Positions 29,708-39,808 of a DNA stretch of 64,000 nucleotides are shown piece after piece; position 1 is the stretch's first letter; each line of letters starts with the position of its first letter. Origin of the DNA: Candidatus Thorarchaeota archaeon (GTDB lineage Archaea; Asgardarchaeota; Thorarchaeia; Thorarchaeales; Thorarchaeaceae); the NCBI GenBank assembly GCA_003345545.1, contig PRDH01000026.1, forward strand, positions 1-64,000. Reading direction: 5' to 3'. The position numbers and the translations under genes are program-made. The notes under the pieces are model-generated. The model worked only from the letters and a program-made list of their open reading frames with translations. It had not been told where the DNA came from and did not search any database.

Positions 29708-29899
29708 GACATCAAGGGTCGGGGTAGCAATCACCATGCAATCTCAATACTCCGGTTTCCCTTGAAGTCGACTTGAATCCTGTCTGACTGTGTGGCCTGA
29801 TTCTAGCTGAAAACCTGAAAGTACCAAGTGACTGCATTCTTGGCTGCGAGCAGCCGCGGAAACATGTCGCACTTGGCATGTCCGGGGGCCATGCCCGGA
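29708..29899. other. intergenic element with several stem-loops (candidate structured RNA)
   Basis: Inverted repeats TCAAGGG/CCCTTGA, CGGGGTA/TACTCCG, CCAAGTG/CACTTGG, GGCTGC/GCAGCC, TCCGGG/CCCGGA. Confidence 0.35.
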
Positions 29900-29960
29900 G
29901 GAATATACTAATCAACCTATATTCTTCTTTTTCACAAGCAGCCTCTTGGATTGATGTGAC

Positions 29961-32900
29961 ATGTCCGATATGATGTCAATAGAAATACGGAAGTATGATG
30001 AGTCTCTAGCCGAAGCCATAGCGCAAATGTGGAACACCTGGGATGACCTATGGCCAGGAGGTTTCACACAGGGAGTTCCCTATACTGCTGATCGTGTTAA
30101 GAAGCAATATGGCAAGATGAGTGCAATTGCTCTCCTTGTTGCAGTCGACAAGAAGACTGACAAGCCCGTGGGTTCCTGCACAGTTCATCGTCACTGGAGG
30201 GATACCGAAGCTGCTTATGTTGGAACACTTGGGGTATCCCCGGAAGCCCTTAGCAAGAAGGTCGGCAAACAACTCCTCCTGGAATCAGTCCGAATAGCAT
30301 CTGCAGGGGGCTACACACGTGTTGATCTTAATACGTGGCCGGGCAACATGCGGGCAGTCCCCCTCTACAAGAAAGTTGGGATGATGTGGGACCCCGAAGG
30401 TCAAGGCTTGAGCATGTATGATTATATTCCTGGAATTCTCAAGCACCCCCTCTGCGCTCCATTCTTCAATCTGCTTCATGGAGTTCACGAATGGTATGAC
30501 GTTCATATTCGAAATCCAAACCAAGCTCCAGATGATTTCAAGAAGCATGGAATGGCTATCTACCCGTATGAGTTCCGTATGGGCAATTCAGCTCTCTCTG
30601 TTACAGTGGACCGATATGCTCGCGGTATCACCGCTGTAGAGCGCACATTGAACGGTCAGAAGATTAGTGTTGCAGCTCTGGTAGACTCTCAGGAAGTTAT
30701 CTACGGTCTGCCCTACGTCTATTCCCTTGAGATTGAGAACCTCTCTGGTGAGCATTTGACGGTGAGCATCAATCTGAGAGAGTTTCCTGGCTTGCAGTTC
30801 GATGCAGATACAACAAGAAAGACAGTTGTCAAACCCGGTGAAAAATCAGTGTGGCATGTGCCATTTCATTTGACTTCCTCCGCGCCTCTCTTTAGGGACA
30901 ACATAAAGGCTTCATCGATTTCCGCAGAAATCGAGATGAACGGAGAGATTTCAATGCTGCATACGGGATTGAAGGTGCAGTCTCCTGCTGAGATTAGAAC
31001 GCGTTGGGGTGAGTGTCGAATAGCTGCAGGCGGCAGGAGTACGATTCCTGTAACAGTCATCAGCAATCTGAACCAAGAGGCACTGGCAAATGTCAGTGTG
31101 CGAAGCAGTTCCGGTTCTGTGCAAATCAAGGTGACGCCCAATGACATTGTGCTGAAGCCAAAGGAGCAAGGCGGCACTATGCTTGAAATATCCTCATCCG
31201 CAGATCTTGCAGATGGAACCCACGACATCCGGTTGACTCTGACCCTCGATATCGAGAAAGGTATCAGGGTAGTAACTCGAGATTTTCGTATCCCAATCTT
31301 CTGCCTTGGAAAGAAGGATGTTGCGGTGGGCGAGGATGATCGCAGGCTGGAAGCAGTGATTGTTTCACCGCATTATACTGCACGATTTGCCAGAGAAGGA
31401 GCTATTCTCACAGTGCAAGACGCGAATTCAGAAACATCTCAAAGCATAACACAGAGTTCTGAGATAGGTCCGCCATTTGGCCTCAGTCCTTTTCGGTTTG
31501 CAGAGCGCAAATTGATTACGAGTTCCTCAGATTCTGCGATGGTTGTTTCTATGCAGGCCAGACACCTGGACAAGCCCCTCATTGTGGAAGATAGGGCAGT
31601 ATTCGAGTTCGGCACAGGAGTCATAAAACACGAGCAATGGGTAGAGAATATGAGTAGTGAGAACCAGACATTTCAAGGCCGTTTAGTGGGCAGAGGTGGA
31701 GGAATCAGTTTTGCGGCAGGTCAGGTCTATGTGCCATTCTCATCCGGCGTTGTTAGTGAACCCCTAGGCAACACACTCTTTTCCTTTCCAGCTATTCCCA
31801 GTGAACCCAAGGCCTACAGTGAAGGATGGATTGCTATAGAAAATGAGGACTCTGTCCAGGCTCAGATGTGGTGTCTGGATAAAGTAGAGGAGATACGCAT
31901 AACTCTAGGTCAGGTGAATGCGCTCGGATTCCCTGTCGTGACTCTTGAACCTCGAGAGAAACGCAAGATTACTGACTCATGGTTGGTCTTTGGCAAGCGA
32001 AGCTGGAGAGATATTCAGCGACTTTGGAGATCCCGAGTTGCTCACTACTATGAAGAGAGACTGTCAGCTTCAAAGGAACAGGCTGCCCAGCATCTACTAA
32101 CAATCTCATCTGATCCTATTGTGATTCCACATGCCGGTGAAGCACATACAAAGATACACATCCACAGCCCATTGCATACGCCCCATGGGGGTGTTCTCGA
32201 AGTGACGCCGCCAAGGGGATGGAAAGCTTTCTTGAAGTCCCATTCTCATGAACTGGATGGACTCAAGACAGAAATCAACTTCGCTGAGGACTCATCACTC
32301 GAATTGGTTCTTACCCCGGGTCCAAGAATCAGGGACGAGTTTGCGGTTCACAAAGGACAATGTAATCTAAGAATGGAGTACGATACAGCGGAGCCAATCT
32401 CCATAGTTCAACTTGGAAGTTCTGGCAAGTCCGTTGAAGTATCAAAAACAGAAGAACAGGGATGCATTGTTCACCGAGTGCGAAATGCATCCATTGAGTT
32501 TGCAGTTTCTAAGGACTACGGCGGCTGTCTGTTCTCACTAAAGAACAAGAGGGGAGTTGAGTTTCTGACAAGTTCCTTCCCGAAGGCGACTCCGCGCTCA
32601 GGGGCATTCTTTGAAAACTATCATGGCGGAGTACAACCTATTATCTTTGATGATGAAATGGGTGAGTCTCTGACAAAAGCCCGAACGAATAGTGAGAAGA
32701 TGTCAGCAAAGAACTACAGTCGCGGAATCTGGTCAGGAGTAGAAATAAGCTGGAAGGGAAAGATCCAACAGACTACAAGAGGGCTTCAGTTTAATTTGAG
32801 GTACTTGACAGCTCCTGCTTGTCCCATTGTTGTAATCGAGTGGCAGATTGTCAATCGGACAACTGCGCCTGTTCGCTTCTACCCCTCCATTCTCATCGAC

Positions 32901-33266
32901 CCAAAACTTGACGAAGAACTATCAGGTGGAAAGATACGTGCGAAGTGGTCTGGAAGAATGTATGATATTCGAGGAGGACACGTTCCCATGGCTGTATCGC
33001 CTTCTGACAATCTCGTATGGATAAAACCCGAGAAGAGCAGGAGAAGAACCAGCGGCCTCTGTTACATGGTCAATGGAACTGACGCCGATATGCTCTCGGT
33101 GTACTTGGGTGACATGTTGATTCTGACTGCAGTGGATAGTCTCTCAGCAATCATGCCCAGGGAGGAGCGTGTTATGACATCCTGCTTATTTGTCGACCCG
33201 CCCGATATGGAGACTCTTGAAGTCATACGAAGGCTACTAGGTTCATTGCTTCCAAAACGCGACTAG
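29961..33266 (+). CDS. large protein with N-terminal GNAT domain and beta-rich C-terminal domains
   Basis: LGVSPEALSKKVGKQL, TWPGNMRAVPLYKKVG in the first 150 aa; 1101 aa in total. Confidence 0.75.
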   Translation: MSDMMSIEIRKYDESLAEAIAQMWNTWDDLWPGGFTQGVPYTADRVKKQYGKMSAIALLVAVDKKTDKPVGSCTVHRHWRDTEAAYVGTLGVSPEALSKKVGKQLLLESVRIASAGGYTRVDLNTWPGNMRAVPLYKKVGMMWDPEGQGLSMYDYIPGILKHPLCAPFFNLLHGVHEWYDVHIRNPNQAPDDFKKHGMAIYPYEFRMGNSALSVTVDRYARGITAVERTLNGQKISVAALVDSQEVIYGLPYVYSLEIENLSGEHLTVSINLREFPGLQFDADTTRKTVVKPGEKSVWHVPFHLTSSAPLFRDNIKASSISAEIEMNGEISMLHTGLKVQSPAEIRTRWGECRIAAGGRSTIPVTVISNLNQEALANVSVRSSSGSVQIKVTPNDIVLKPKEQGGTMLEISSSADLADGTHDIRLTLTLDIEKGIRVVTRDFRIPIFCLGKKDVAVGEDDRRLEAVIVSPHYTARFAREGAILTVQDANSETSQSITQSSEIGPPFGLSPFRFAERKLITSSSDSAMVVSMQARHLDKPLIVEDRAVFEFGTGVIKHEQWVENMSSENQTFQGRLVGRGGGISFAAGQVYVPFSSGVVSEPLGNTLFSFPAIPSEPKAYSEGWIAIENEDSVQAQMWCLDKVEEIRITLGQVNALGFPVVTLEPREKRKITDSWLVFGKRSWRDIQRLWRSRVAHYYEERLSASKEQAAQHLLTISSDPIVIPHAGEAHTKIHIHSPLHTPHGGVLEVTPPRGWKAFLKSHSHELDGLKTEINFAEDSSLELVLTPGPRIRDEFAVHKGQCNLRMEYDTAEPISIVQLGSSGKSVEVSKTEEQGCIVHRVRNASIEFAVSKDYGGCLFSLKNKRGVEFLTSSFPKATPRSGAFFENYHGGVQPIIFDDEMGESLTKARTNSEKMSAKNYSRGIWSGVEISWKGKIQQTTRGLQFNLRYLTAPACPIVVIEWQIVNRTTAPVRFYPSILIDPKLDEELSGGKIRAKWSGRMYDIRGGHVPMAVSPSDNLVWIKPEKSRRRTSGLCYMVNGTDADMLSVYLGDMLILTAVDSLSAIMPREERVMTSCLFVDPPDMETLEVIRRLLGSLLPKRD

Positions 33267-33342
33267 TATACACCCATCAACGTTGATACGCATCAGACAA
33301 TATCCCGCAAGGATGTAACAAAGAATGATCAAGAAGTAGATG

Positions 33343-35592
33343 CTAGGCTCTTCTTAGAAGTATAGTGAAGACTGTGCCCTCATGATAATCGCCAGGGACC
33401 CGTTCTTCCACTTTGATTGAGCCTCCGAATGCATGTATGATTGTCCCTGCCACACTCATTCCTAAGCCTGTTCCTGATGCATCCTTCATGTATCGCTCGA
33501 ACATTCGGGCTCTTCGTTCGGGTTCAATCCCTTCTCCGTGATCACTCACACGAATGCTCCACCATGGTTCGTGATTCAGGGCAGTTTCGGTGACTGCCAC
33601 CTCTATCTCAGGTATACCTTTGGAGTACTTTATTGCATTGTCAAATATGTTCAGGAAGACATCAATCAAGAGGCTGTTCGCCAAGACCAGACAGGTTTCA
33701 AACTCATAATCGATCTTGAATCTAACTTCCTGCAGGGGGCTCTTCCTAGATGTTAGCTGGAACGCTTCCTGGAGGATTGGAATCAGATCCACCGATGATA
33801 ACCGTTCTGGAGTAAGCTGATCTGCCATTCCCAACTGACGAACATTCCGGATCAGATGGTCCGCTCGTTGAAGTTCGTTCTTGGAGTCTCTGATGGCTTG
33901 CTCTTTCACGAGAGGCCCTGCATCCTCCATTTCAAGCAGGCCGATGCTGAGTGCAAGTGCTTGGTGATAATTGGATATGTCATGAACCAAGAGGTCCGCA
34001 AAAAGTGTTGCACGTTTCTGAGATGCTTCTGCTCGGCTCATCTCTTTGAGATACATCAGTCCTAGAAAGGACGGTCCCATCAAGATAGCTAATAGCAATA
34101 TGAGCTCCGATGACCACCAGCCTAATGTCCATTCTTGGAAATTGGCCTTGATTAGTGAAGGAACAATCCATAGTGCGAGGAAGCCTGTTGCCAACAAATC
34201 TACGGTGATTCTTCCTTTTCCGTCCTTTATCTGGACTGAAGTGTAGTAGAAGAACAGAAACATACTCAGTAGAGTTGACGCTAACAATAGTGCCCGACAG
34301 AGTGGCTGAAATCCCCAATAACCTCCAGAGCCCCACATAGTGATCTGTGTGTACTCCGAAAACAGGATGGCTGCAAAAACAGCTGGCACTATTAGCAGGT
34401 CGCTTTTTGAGAATGTTGGTTGCACTTCCGGCGTGCTGCCTGTCATTTTGATAGCCTTCGGCAGCTCGAGCAGCAAGAGAACTGAACCGACGAGATATGG
34501 AATTATGGAGAGTTCTAGTGTATTGGGAGGAGTGAGGACCGCTTTAATCACCTGATATGATTCGATTGTCGCCCATGTGATGAAGAGTAAAATGACGGGC
34601 CGTCTCTGCGGAGCTGGTCGGTGAGTATTGTAGAGATTCATCAAAAATGCCATTGAGAGTGCAATCAGTGAGGCTCCAAGATGGAGCACAATGAACAGGG
34701 CGACGTTTGGCGTTGGCGGAGTCGGCATGTATGTTACGACTGTTAAGGTAGTACCTGTTGGTACGATGACCAAAAGAGAAAGGGCTAGTGGTATCAGATA
34801 GGCACGAGACAATTTCATACCTATACGGACCTGAAAAGCAACAGAGGGTGCTAGTCCCAGTATGACCAGTCCCATGGACCAGAGTATATATGATATAGTC
34901 CATGCATTCGATGGGAAATACAACGTCACGAGAAAAGGAATATACGAAAGGCCATAGATAGCAAAACCCGCAACAAACAGATTCGCTTCATAGGTAGTGG
35001 AGCCTCCTGGAGTCGTTGACCACATGAACCCACACATGGGCAGAACAATTCCGCTGTAGATCCCCAATATCGTCCCTACAATGATGAAGCTATCTTCAGG
35101 AAGGGTCGGAATGATGACAAAAGATAGGAACAGGTGAATTAGTACAGATGAGAGTATGAGTATCACAGCACTTTGTCTTCTATTCTCCAACCATCCCTTC
35201 TTCTTCATGACCATTCCAATGAATACAAGCGATGAGAAAATCGCAAGGAAGACTAGATCAATCAAGAGATGAATCCTGCTGTATTCATATACCGGGTTGT
35301 TTTCGTAGATGATTATGATTGCTCGTCCCATGCTTATTATGGCGGCAAAAAATAGGGCGGCATGGAAGACTGTTTGTTCCGCATGTTCTCGTACTCGATA
35401 TTGAACAAGGATAGCTGCTGAGCAAGTGATAGCCAGAAACGCGAGCATAGAATCATATGCAATGATTGTTTGTGAAGAGCTCCAAGCATTGAGAAGTAAG
35501 AAGAATCCAAGGCATGTGGCAAGTAGTGCGCCTACTATGATTGTCAGCAGTCTTGAAAGCCTTAATGGCGAATTGGAACTGCGCCCTAGCAT
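33343..35592 (-). CDS. membrane-bound sensor histidine kinase (~16 TM)
   Basis: H-box LVHDISN, N-box NIFDNAIKYS, DHGEGI, GTGLGM; long polytopic N-terminus; start uncertain. Confidence 0.9.
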   Translation of the reverse strand: MLGRSSNSPLRLSRLLTIIVGALLATCLGFFLLLNAWSSSQTIIAYDSMLAFLAITCSAAILVQYRVREHAEQTVFHAALFFAAIISMGRAIIIIYENNPVYEYSRIHLLIDLVFLAIFSSLVFIGMVMKKKGWLENRRQSAVILILSSVLIHLFLSFVIIPTLPEDSFIIVGTILGIYSGIVLPMCGFMWSTTPGGSTTYEANLFVAGFAIYGLSYIPFLVTLYFPSNAWTISYILWSMGLVILGLAPSVAFQVRIGMKLSRAYLIPLALSLLVIVPTGTTLTVVTYMPTPPTPNVALFIVLHLGASLIALSMAFLMNLYNTHRPAPQRRPVILLFITWATIESYQVIKAVLTPPNTLELSIIPYLVGSVLLLLELPKAIKMTGSTPEVQPTFSKSDLLIVPAVFAAILFSEYTQITMWGSGGYWGFQPLCRALLLASTLLSMFLFFYYTSVQIKDGKGRITVDLLATGFLALWIVPSLIKANFQEWTLGWWSSELILLLAILMGPSFLGLMYLKEMSRAEASQKRATLFADLLVHDISNYHQALALSIGLLEMEDAGPLVKEQAIRDSKNELQRADHLIRNVRQLGMADQLTPERLSSVDLIPILQEAFQLTSRKSPLQEVRFKIDYEFETCLVLANSLLIDVFLNIFDNAIKYSKGIPEIEVAVTETALNHEPWWSIRVSDHGEGIEPERRARMFERYMKDASGTGLGMSVAGTIIHAFGGSIKVEERVPGDYHEGTVFTILLRRA

Positions 35593-35765
35593 TGTTCTCA
35601 CGATACATCCCAAAATATCTCTTTATACCAATTGTTGGTATTGTGTTGTCATTGAGGCCTCTTGAAAGAGGTTCTAGGACTATTGATGCCCCCTCCTATC
35701 CGCTGTTTCGGGCTCAAGAGAATGAGCAACTTCAAGAGGTGGTTTGTGGTCAACGCTGATCGAGT

Positions 35766-36134
35766 TTGGTTCCAATGCTTCATGAGCCAGATGACTTCAT
35801 TGGCAACATTCTTGGAAAGCTCCTGAATCGCCAATTAGAGAATCAACCGATGCGAGGCAAGGTTGGAAGATGGAGAATGTCCGTTGTTCTGGACACTGAC
35901 TACTACCCCATCTCAATAATCTTCAGTTATCACATTGAGATTGTTGCCGACTACGTTGATGACCCGACTATTGTACTCTCTATGAAGTTCAATACGATCA
36001 TTCGACTCTTTAGGGGCGAAACCTCAATGATAAGAGCTGTTCTCGGGGGTGCAATCAAGACTCGTGGTTTGCTGAAACACCCACTCTCGATGATCAGGTT
36101 CTACCGATTGATGACGTCGATATTGGGAGGATAG
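35766..36134 (+). CDS. SCP2 (sterol carrier protein-2)-like domain protein
   Basis: PTIVLSM....RLFRGE....AVLGGAIKTRG, the SCP2 C-terminal pattern. Confidence 0.65.
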   Translation: MVPMLHEPDDFIGNILGKLLNRQLENQPMRGKVGRWRMSVVLDTDYYPISIIFSYHIEIVADYVDDPTIVLSMKFNTIIRLFRGETSMIRAVLGGAIKTRGLLKHPLSMIRFYRLMTSILGG

Positions 36135-36138
36135 TCCA

Positions 36139-37563
36139 ATGGATCTGAAATCGCAGTTTCAACAGATTGTTGGGGAACAACATGTTGCTGATGGAGCTGG
36201 GGAACGGTACGTCTATTCATTTGACATGACAGAGAATCCCTCCAAAGAACCCCTGATGGTCGTGATGCCTTCTACTGTTGAGGAAGTTCAGAATATAATC
36301 AGGCTCGCCAATGAAACCCGGACACCTCTGGTTCCCTTTGTAACAGGTCAGAACGTTGGGGGTCTGACAATACCACAGGTCGAGGGAGCTGTCATCGTAG
36401 ATCTCAAACGCATGGATAGAATCCTTGAAGTGGATGAGGAAGCGATGTACATGCTTGTTGAACCAGGCGTTACCTTTGGTGACGTCAAGAAATATCTTGA
36501 GAAACACTTTCCATCGCTGCGGTACACGTACCCACTCGCACCTCCCTTCACTTCGGTCATGGCGAATGCGCTACTCCAAGGACTCTGCGATCTCTCAACA
36601 ATGCATGGCTCGATGTCTGATTTCATCAATGGACTGGAGGCAGTCCTGCCGAATGGTGACATAGTCCGTGTTGGTTCTGGAATCATGGGAGAAGAGAATT
36701 GGTTCGGAAGATACCCTCTTCCAGATCTGGTTGGTCTCTTTTCTGGCTGGCAAGGAATGACTGGCATTGTAACAAAGATCTCGCTAAAGCTCTGGCCAAA
36801 GAAGAAGGCAATGACGCATGCAGCTCTATTCACATTTGGGGAGCAGCAGACGACTGACCTGCTCAAGAGAATTGTTCGAGAGGGTATCATTGAAGATGCT
36901 GATTGCCAGTCGCTCTCTATAGTAAAGATGCTGATGGGTGTTGCACCTCCAGTGACGCCTCACAGGGGAGAACCAGACTACGGTACCGTCCTCATTCTAT
37001 CTGCGAATTCGGAAATCGAGCTGAATGAGAAGTATAGACAACTAGAGAATCTTGTTGAGCTATCCAAGAAGGATGAGCCACGGAATCTCCTCATCGATTG
37101 GGGTACGGTCACGAAACTTATGGGTGAACAGGCGAATGCGTGGATCGATTTTCCTTCGGATGCGTTCAAAGTACTGGCTCAATATGATGGGCTCACATGG
37201 GTGGGAACCTATATTCATCCCAAATATTGGGGAGCAGCTCTGGAGGGCGGGAGGAGGATTGTTGAGAAGTATGGTTTCGAGTTGATGGCCTTTCTCAAAC
37301 CCATGCATATGCTCCATTTTGCAGAGTTCAAATTCATCATCAGATTTCCGAAGGACCCTGCGACTCTCGAACGTGTACGTCGATGCAACGAGGAACTGCT
37401 GGATCTTGCCCTAGGGCTCAAGGCAATCCCCTACAAGACTCCAGTGTGGTCCGCCAGACGACTGCAGCAGTTCGCTGATCCCGCTTTCTTCAAACTACTG
37501 AGAGACCTGAAGAAACTACTGGACCCTAACAACATCATGAATCCTGGGAGGCTTGACCTGTGA
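36139..37563 (+). CDS. FAD-binding oxidoreductase (VAO/PCMH superfamily)
   Basis: PSTVEEV, VDLKRMDRI, VEPGVT, GLEAVLPNG, GMTGIVTK, DPNNIMNPG. Confidence 0.9.
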   Translation: MDLKSQFQQIVGEQHVADGAGERYVYSFDMTENPSKEPLMVVMPSTVEEVQNIIRLANETRTPLVPFVTGQNVGGLTIPQVEGAVIVDLKRMDRILEVDEEAMYMLVEPGVTFGDVKKYLEKHFPSLRYTYPLAPPFTSVMANALLQGLCDLSTMHGSMSDFINGLEAVLPNGDIVRVGSGIMGEENWFGRYPLPDLVGLFSGWQGMTGIVTKISLKLWPKKKAMTHAALFTFGEQQTTDLLKRIVREGIIEDADCQSLSIVKMLMGVAPPVTPHRGEPDYGTVLILSANSEIELNEKYRQLENLVELSKKDEPRNLLIDWGTVTKLMGEQANAWIDFPSDAFKVLAQYDGLTWVGTYIHPKYWGAALEGGRRIVEKYGFELMAFLKPMHMLHFAEFKFIIRFPKDPATLERVRRCNEELLDLALGLKAIPYKTPVWSARRLQQFADPAFFKLLRDLKKLLDPNNIMNPGRLDL

Positions 37564-38705
37564 CCCCAGTGCCAAGCGCAATTGAGGAGTGGCTCCACAG
37601 CTGCATCCGATGTGGCAACTGTAAGTATGTCTTCAAGGAATACAGCCCTTCGTGTCCTTCAGGCGAATCCTTCAACTTCGAAACCTACTTCGCATCTGGT
37701 AGATTGTGGATAGCACATGGAATTCGGAATGGCGAGCTAGATTGGGATTCCTCGCTGATTGATCCCATCTTTGCCTGTACGACATGCGGCGCCTGTGAAG
37801 TACAATGTCTGGCACCTCACCGAGAAAACATCTTAGAGGTCATTGAGGAGCTGAGAGCGCTTGCTGTGAAGGAATTGGGTCCACTCCCTGAACACAGGAA
37901 GTTTGCCGAGCGAATCGGCGAAAACCACAATCCCTACGGGGCACCTCATCATTCACGAGAATTGGCAAAGGCTCACAATCTTCCTCTGAGTGCATCGGTA
38001 GTCTACTTCATTGGCTGCACATCCAATTATCGTGAAGAAGAAATACGTGACTCAACAATCTCTCTTCTCAAAAAGGCCGGGGTCGACTTTACCATCGTAG
38101 ACGAGTATTGCTGCGGGTCGCCCTTGCTCCGAACTGGGCAGCTCTCGTTGACCAGTGCGCTGGCTGAACACAACCAAAAAGTAATCGAAGCGACGGGTGC
38201 ACAAAGGGTTGTCACATCCTGCTCGGGATGTTATAGAACGCTCGCCCGGGACTATTCCAGGATGGGCATCAAATTGAATGCGGAGATCATGCACATCTCG
38301 CAGTATATTCGGGAACTTCTTCGGAGTGGTCGATTGGCAGCTCATTCCATCCCTCACCGCATACAAGTGACATATCATGATCCGTGTCACCTTGGAAGGC
38401 ATATGAATGAATATGATGCTCCCAGAGATGTCTTACAACAACTCCCTATTACATTCACGGAAATCAGTACCGAAGATGGAATTCGCGAGAATGCTTGGTG
38501 TTGCGGGGCTGGAGGTGGCTGCAAGTCTGCCTATCCTGATTGGAGTCGCGAAACCGCAAGAATACGCCTCAATCATGCACAGCGCACTGGAGCTGGAGTT
38601 CTGGTTTCATCATGTCCATTTTGCAAACGAGTGCTTAGTGATGCCCAAGAGAATGATTCTGTGGAGATATTGGACCTCAGCGAACTAGTCGACCGACTGA
38701 CCTGA
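37560..38705 (+). CDS. HdrD/GlcF-like Fe-S oxidoreductase with two CCG domains
   Basis: CIRCGNC, CTTCGACEVQC, CCGSP, CSGC, YHDPCHLGR, CCGAGGG, CPFC; GTGA overlap with upstream gene. Confidence 0.9.
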   Translation: MTPVPSAIEEWLHSCIRCGNCKYVFKEYSPSCPSGESFNFETYFASGRLWIAHGIRNGELDWDSSLIDPIFACTTCGACEVQCLAPHRENILEVIEELRALAVKELGPLPEHRKFAERIGENHNPYGAPHHSRELAKAHNLPLSASVVYFIGCTSNYREEEIRDSTISLLKKAGVDFTIVDEYCCGSPLLRTGQLSLTSALAEHNQKVIEATGAQRVVTSCSGCYRTLARDYSRMGIKLNAEIMHISQYIRELLRSGRLAAHSIPHRIQVTYHDPCHLGRHMNEYDAPRDVLQQLPITFTEISTEDGIRENAWCCGAGGGCKSAYPDWSRETARIRLNHAQRTGAGVLVSSCPFCKRVLSDAQENDSVEILDLSELVDRLT

Positions 38706-38983
38706 ATAGCGCGGGAAGCAAGAGCTGCTGACCTTTTCTCTCTAGACTCTAGGACCCCTGAGGTGTTCATAAACATGGATCAATATCAATGAGATGAAAC
38801 TGACCAGGACTAGGGATATATGATCGCAACCATGGGGTATACTTGGAGTGCTATGTACGTATGTGCTCTCTACGTATGAAAGCCTTGAGGAATGAAACAG
38901 AAAGCGACTCATCCCTCGTAGAGGTATGATTAGAGTGAGCAGAAAATGAAACCTAGGTCTTCCAAAGGAGAATAAAAGCAGAG

Positions 38984-39009
38984 AAAAACTCCGCAAGATT
39001 CGCAGGAGT
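38984..39009 (-). terminator. hairpin plus T-run downstream of ABC operon
   Basis: Minus strand ACTCCTGC-GAATCTT-GCGGAGTTTTT. Confidence 0.45.
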
Positions 39010-39029
39010 GCGTTTGTTCCTTTTTTCGT

Positions 39030-39794
39030 CTAAGTCCCAGGGATTTTCGCACGCTCATAGATATAGTTCACAATCCAGGAAATAGCGGTAATCAAGACAA
39101 GGAAAATAATGGCAATAACAGCATAGACTTGTAGAGCTTCGTACGTGCGCGCTACTATCATTTTCGCAGCGCCAAAGATATCAGCTACTCCAACAAAATA
39201 CGCAACAGTAGTGTATTTCGGAAGATAGACTGCTTCATTTGACCAGGCAGGTATTGCTCGCCTAAGGCTTTGCGGGAGCACAATATATCTGATTTCTTGA
39301 CGTCTTGTCATTCCTATTGACTGAGCTGCTAGCGTTTGTCCTGCCGAAATGGATGCCATCGAACCGCGGAAGAATTCTGCTTGGTATGCTCCGCTGTTTA
39401 AGCCTAATGTAATCGCACATAGAAGAATTGTGGTGTTAAGAATCGTCCGTGGAACCCCCACAATGTCTGGAAAGATAACTCGCCACGAGGTGTCAAACGG
39501 AGCCATGCCTTGTGCCACTAGCCACGCATTCAACACAGCGGGTAGGATTGTGACTGCCAGAATCTGCGCCAGTAGAGGTGTACCTCTCATAAACTCAATA
39601 TAAGCAGTGGAGATTCTGGATGTGATTGGACCTCCATAATGTCGACCAACAGCTAAAAGAATTCCAAGGCCGAGTCCGAGGAACAGAGCGAAGAGATACA
39701 ATCCCATCGTCATAAAGAATCCGCTAACCAGATCAGGATAGTACTCTTCAATCCAAAGAATCCCGAAGAGTCCAGTTGGTGATACAGCTGTCAG
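39030..39794 (-). CDS. polar amino-acid ABC transporter permease
   Basis: RGTPLL, AYQAEFFRG, GQ.LAA.SIG, LPQS; frame extends to a CTG at 39794 behind a GGAGGT RBS. Confidence 0.9.
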   Translation of the reverse strand: MTAVSPTGLFGILWIEEYYPDLVSGFFMTMGLYLFALFLGLGLGILLAVGRHYGGPITSRISTAYIEFMRGTPLLAQILAVTILPAVLNAWLVAQGMAPFDTSWRVIFPDIVGVPRTILNTTILLCAITLGLNSGAYQAEFFRGSMASISAGQTLAAQSIGMTRRQEIRYIVLPQSLRRAIPAWSNEAVYLPKYTTVAYFVGVADIFGAAKMIVARTYEALQVYAVIAIIFLVLITAISWIVNYIYERAKIPGT

Positions 39795-39808
39795 TAGAAT
39801 ACCTCCGA

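Noticed and set aside
29716-29790. tRNA-like opening GGGTCGGGGTAGC
   Set aside because: No D-loop GG, no TTCRA T-loop and no cloverleaf.
35541-35765. In-frame TGA just upstream of the SCP2-like gene (possible readthrough)
   Set aside because: The upstream frame overlaps the kinase start on the opposite strand and does not look protein-like; TTG 35766 is an adequate start.
38742-38996. 84-aa ORF in the gap between convergent operons
   Set aside because: No motif or RBS, and it starts inside the putative terminator.
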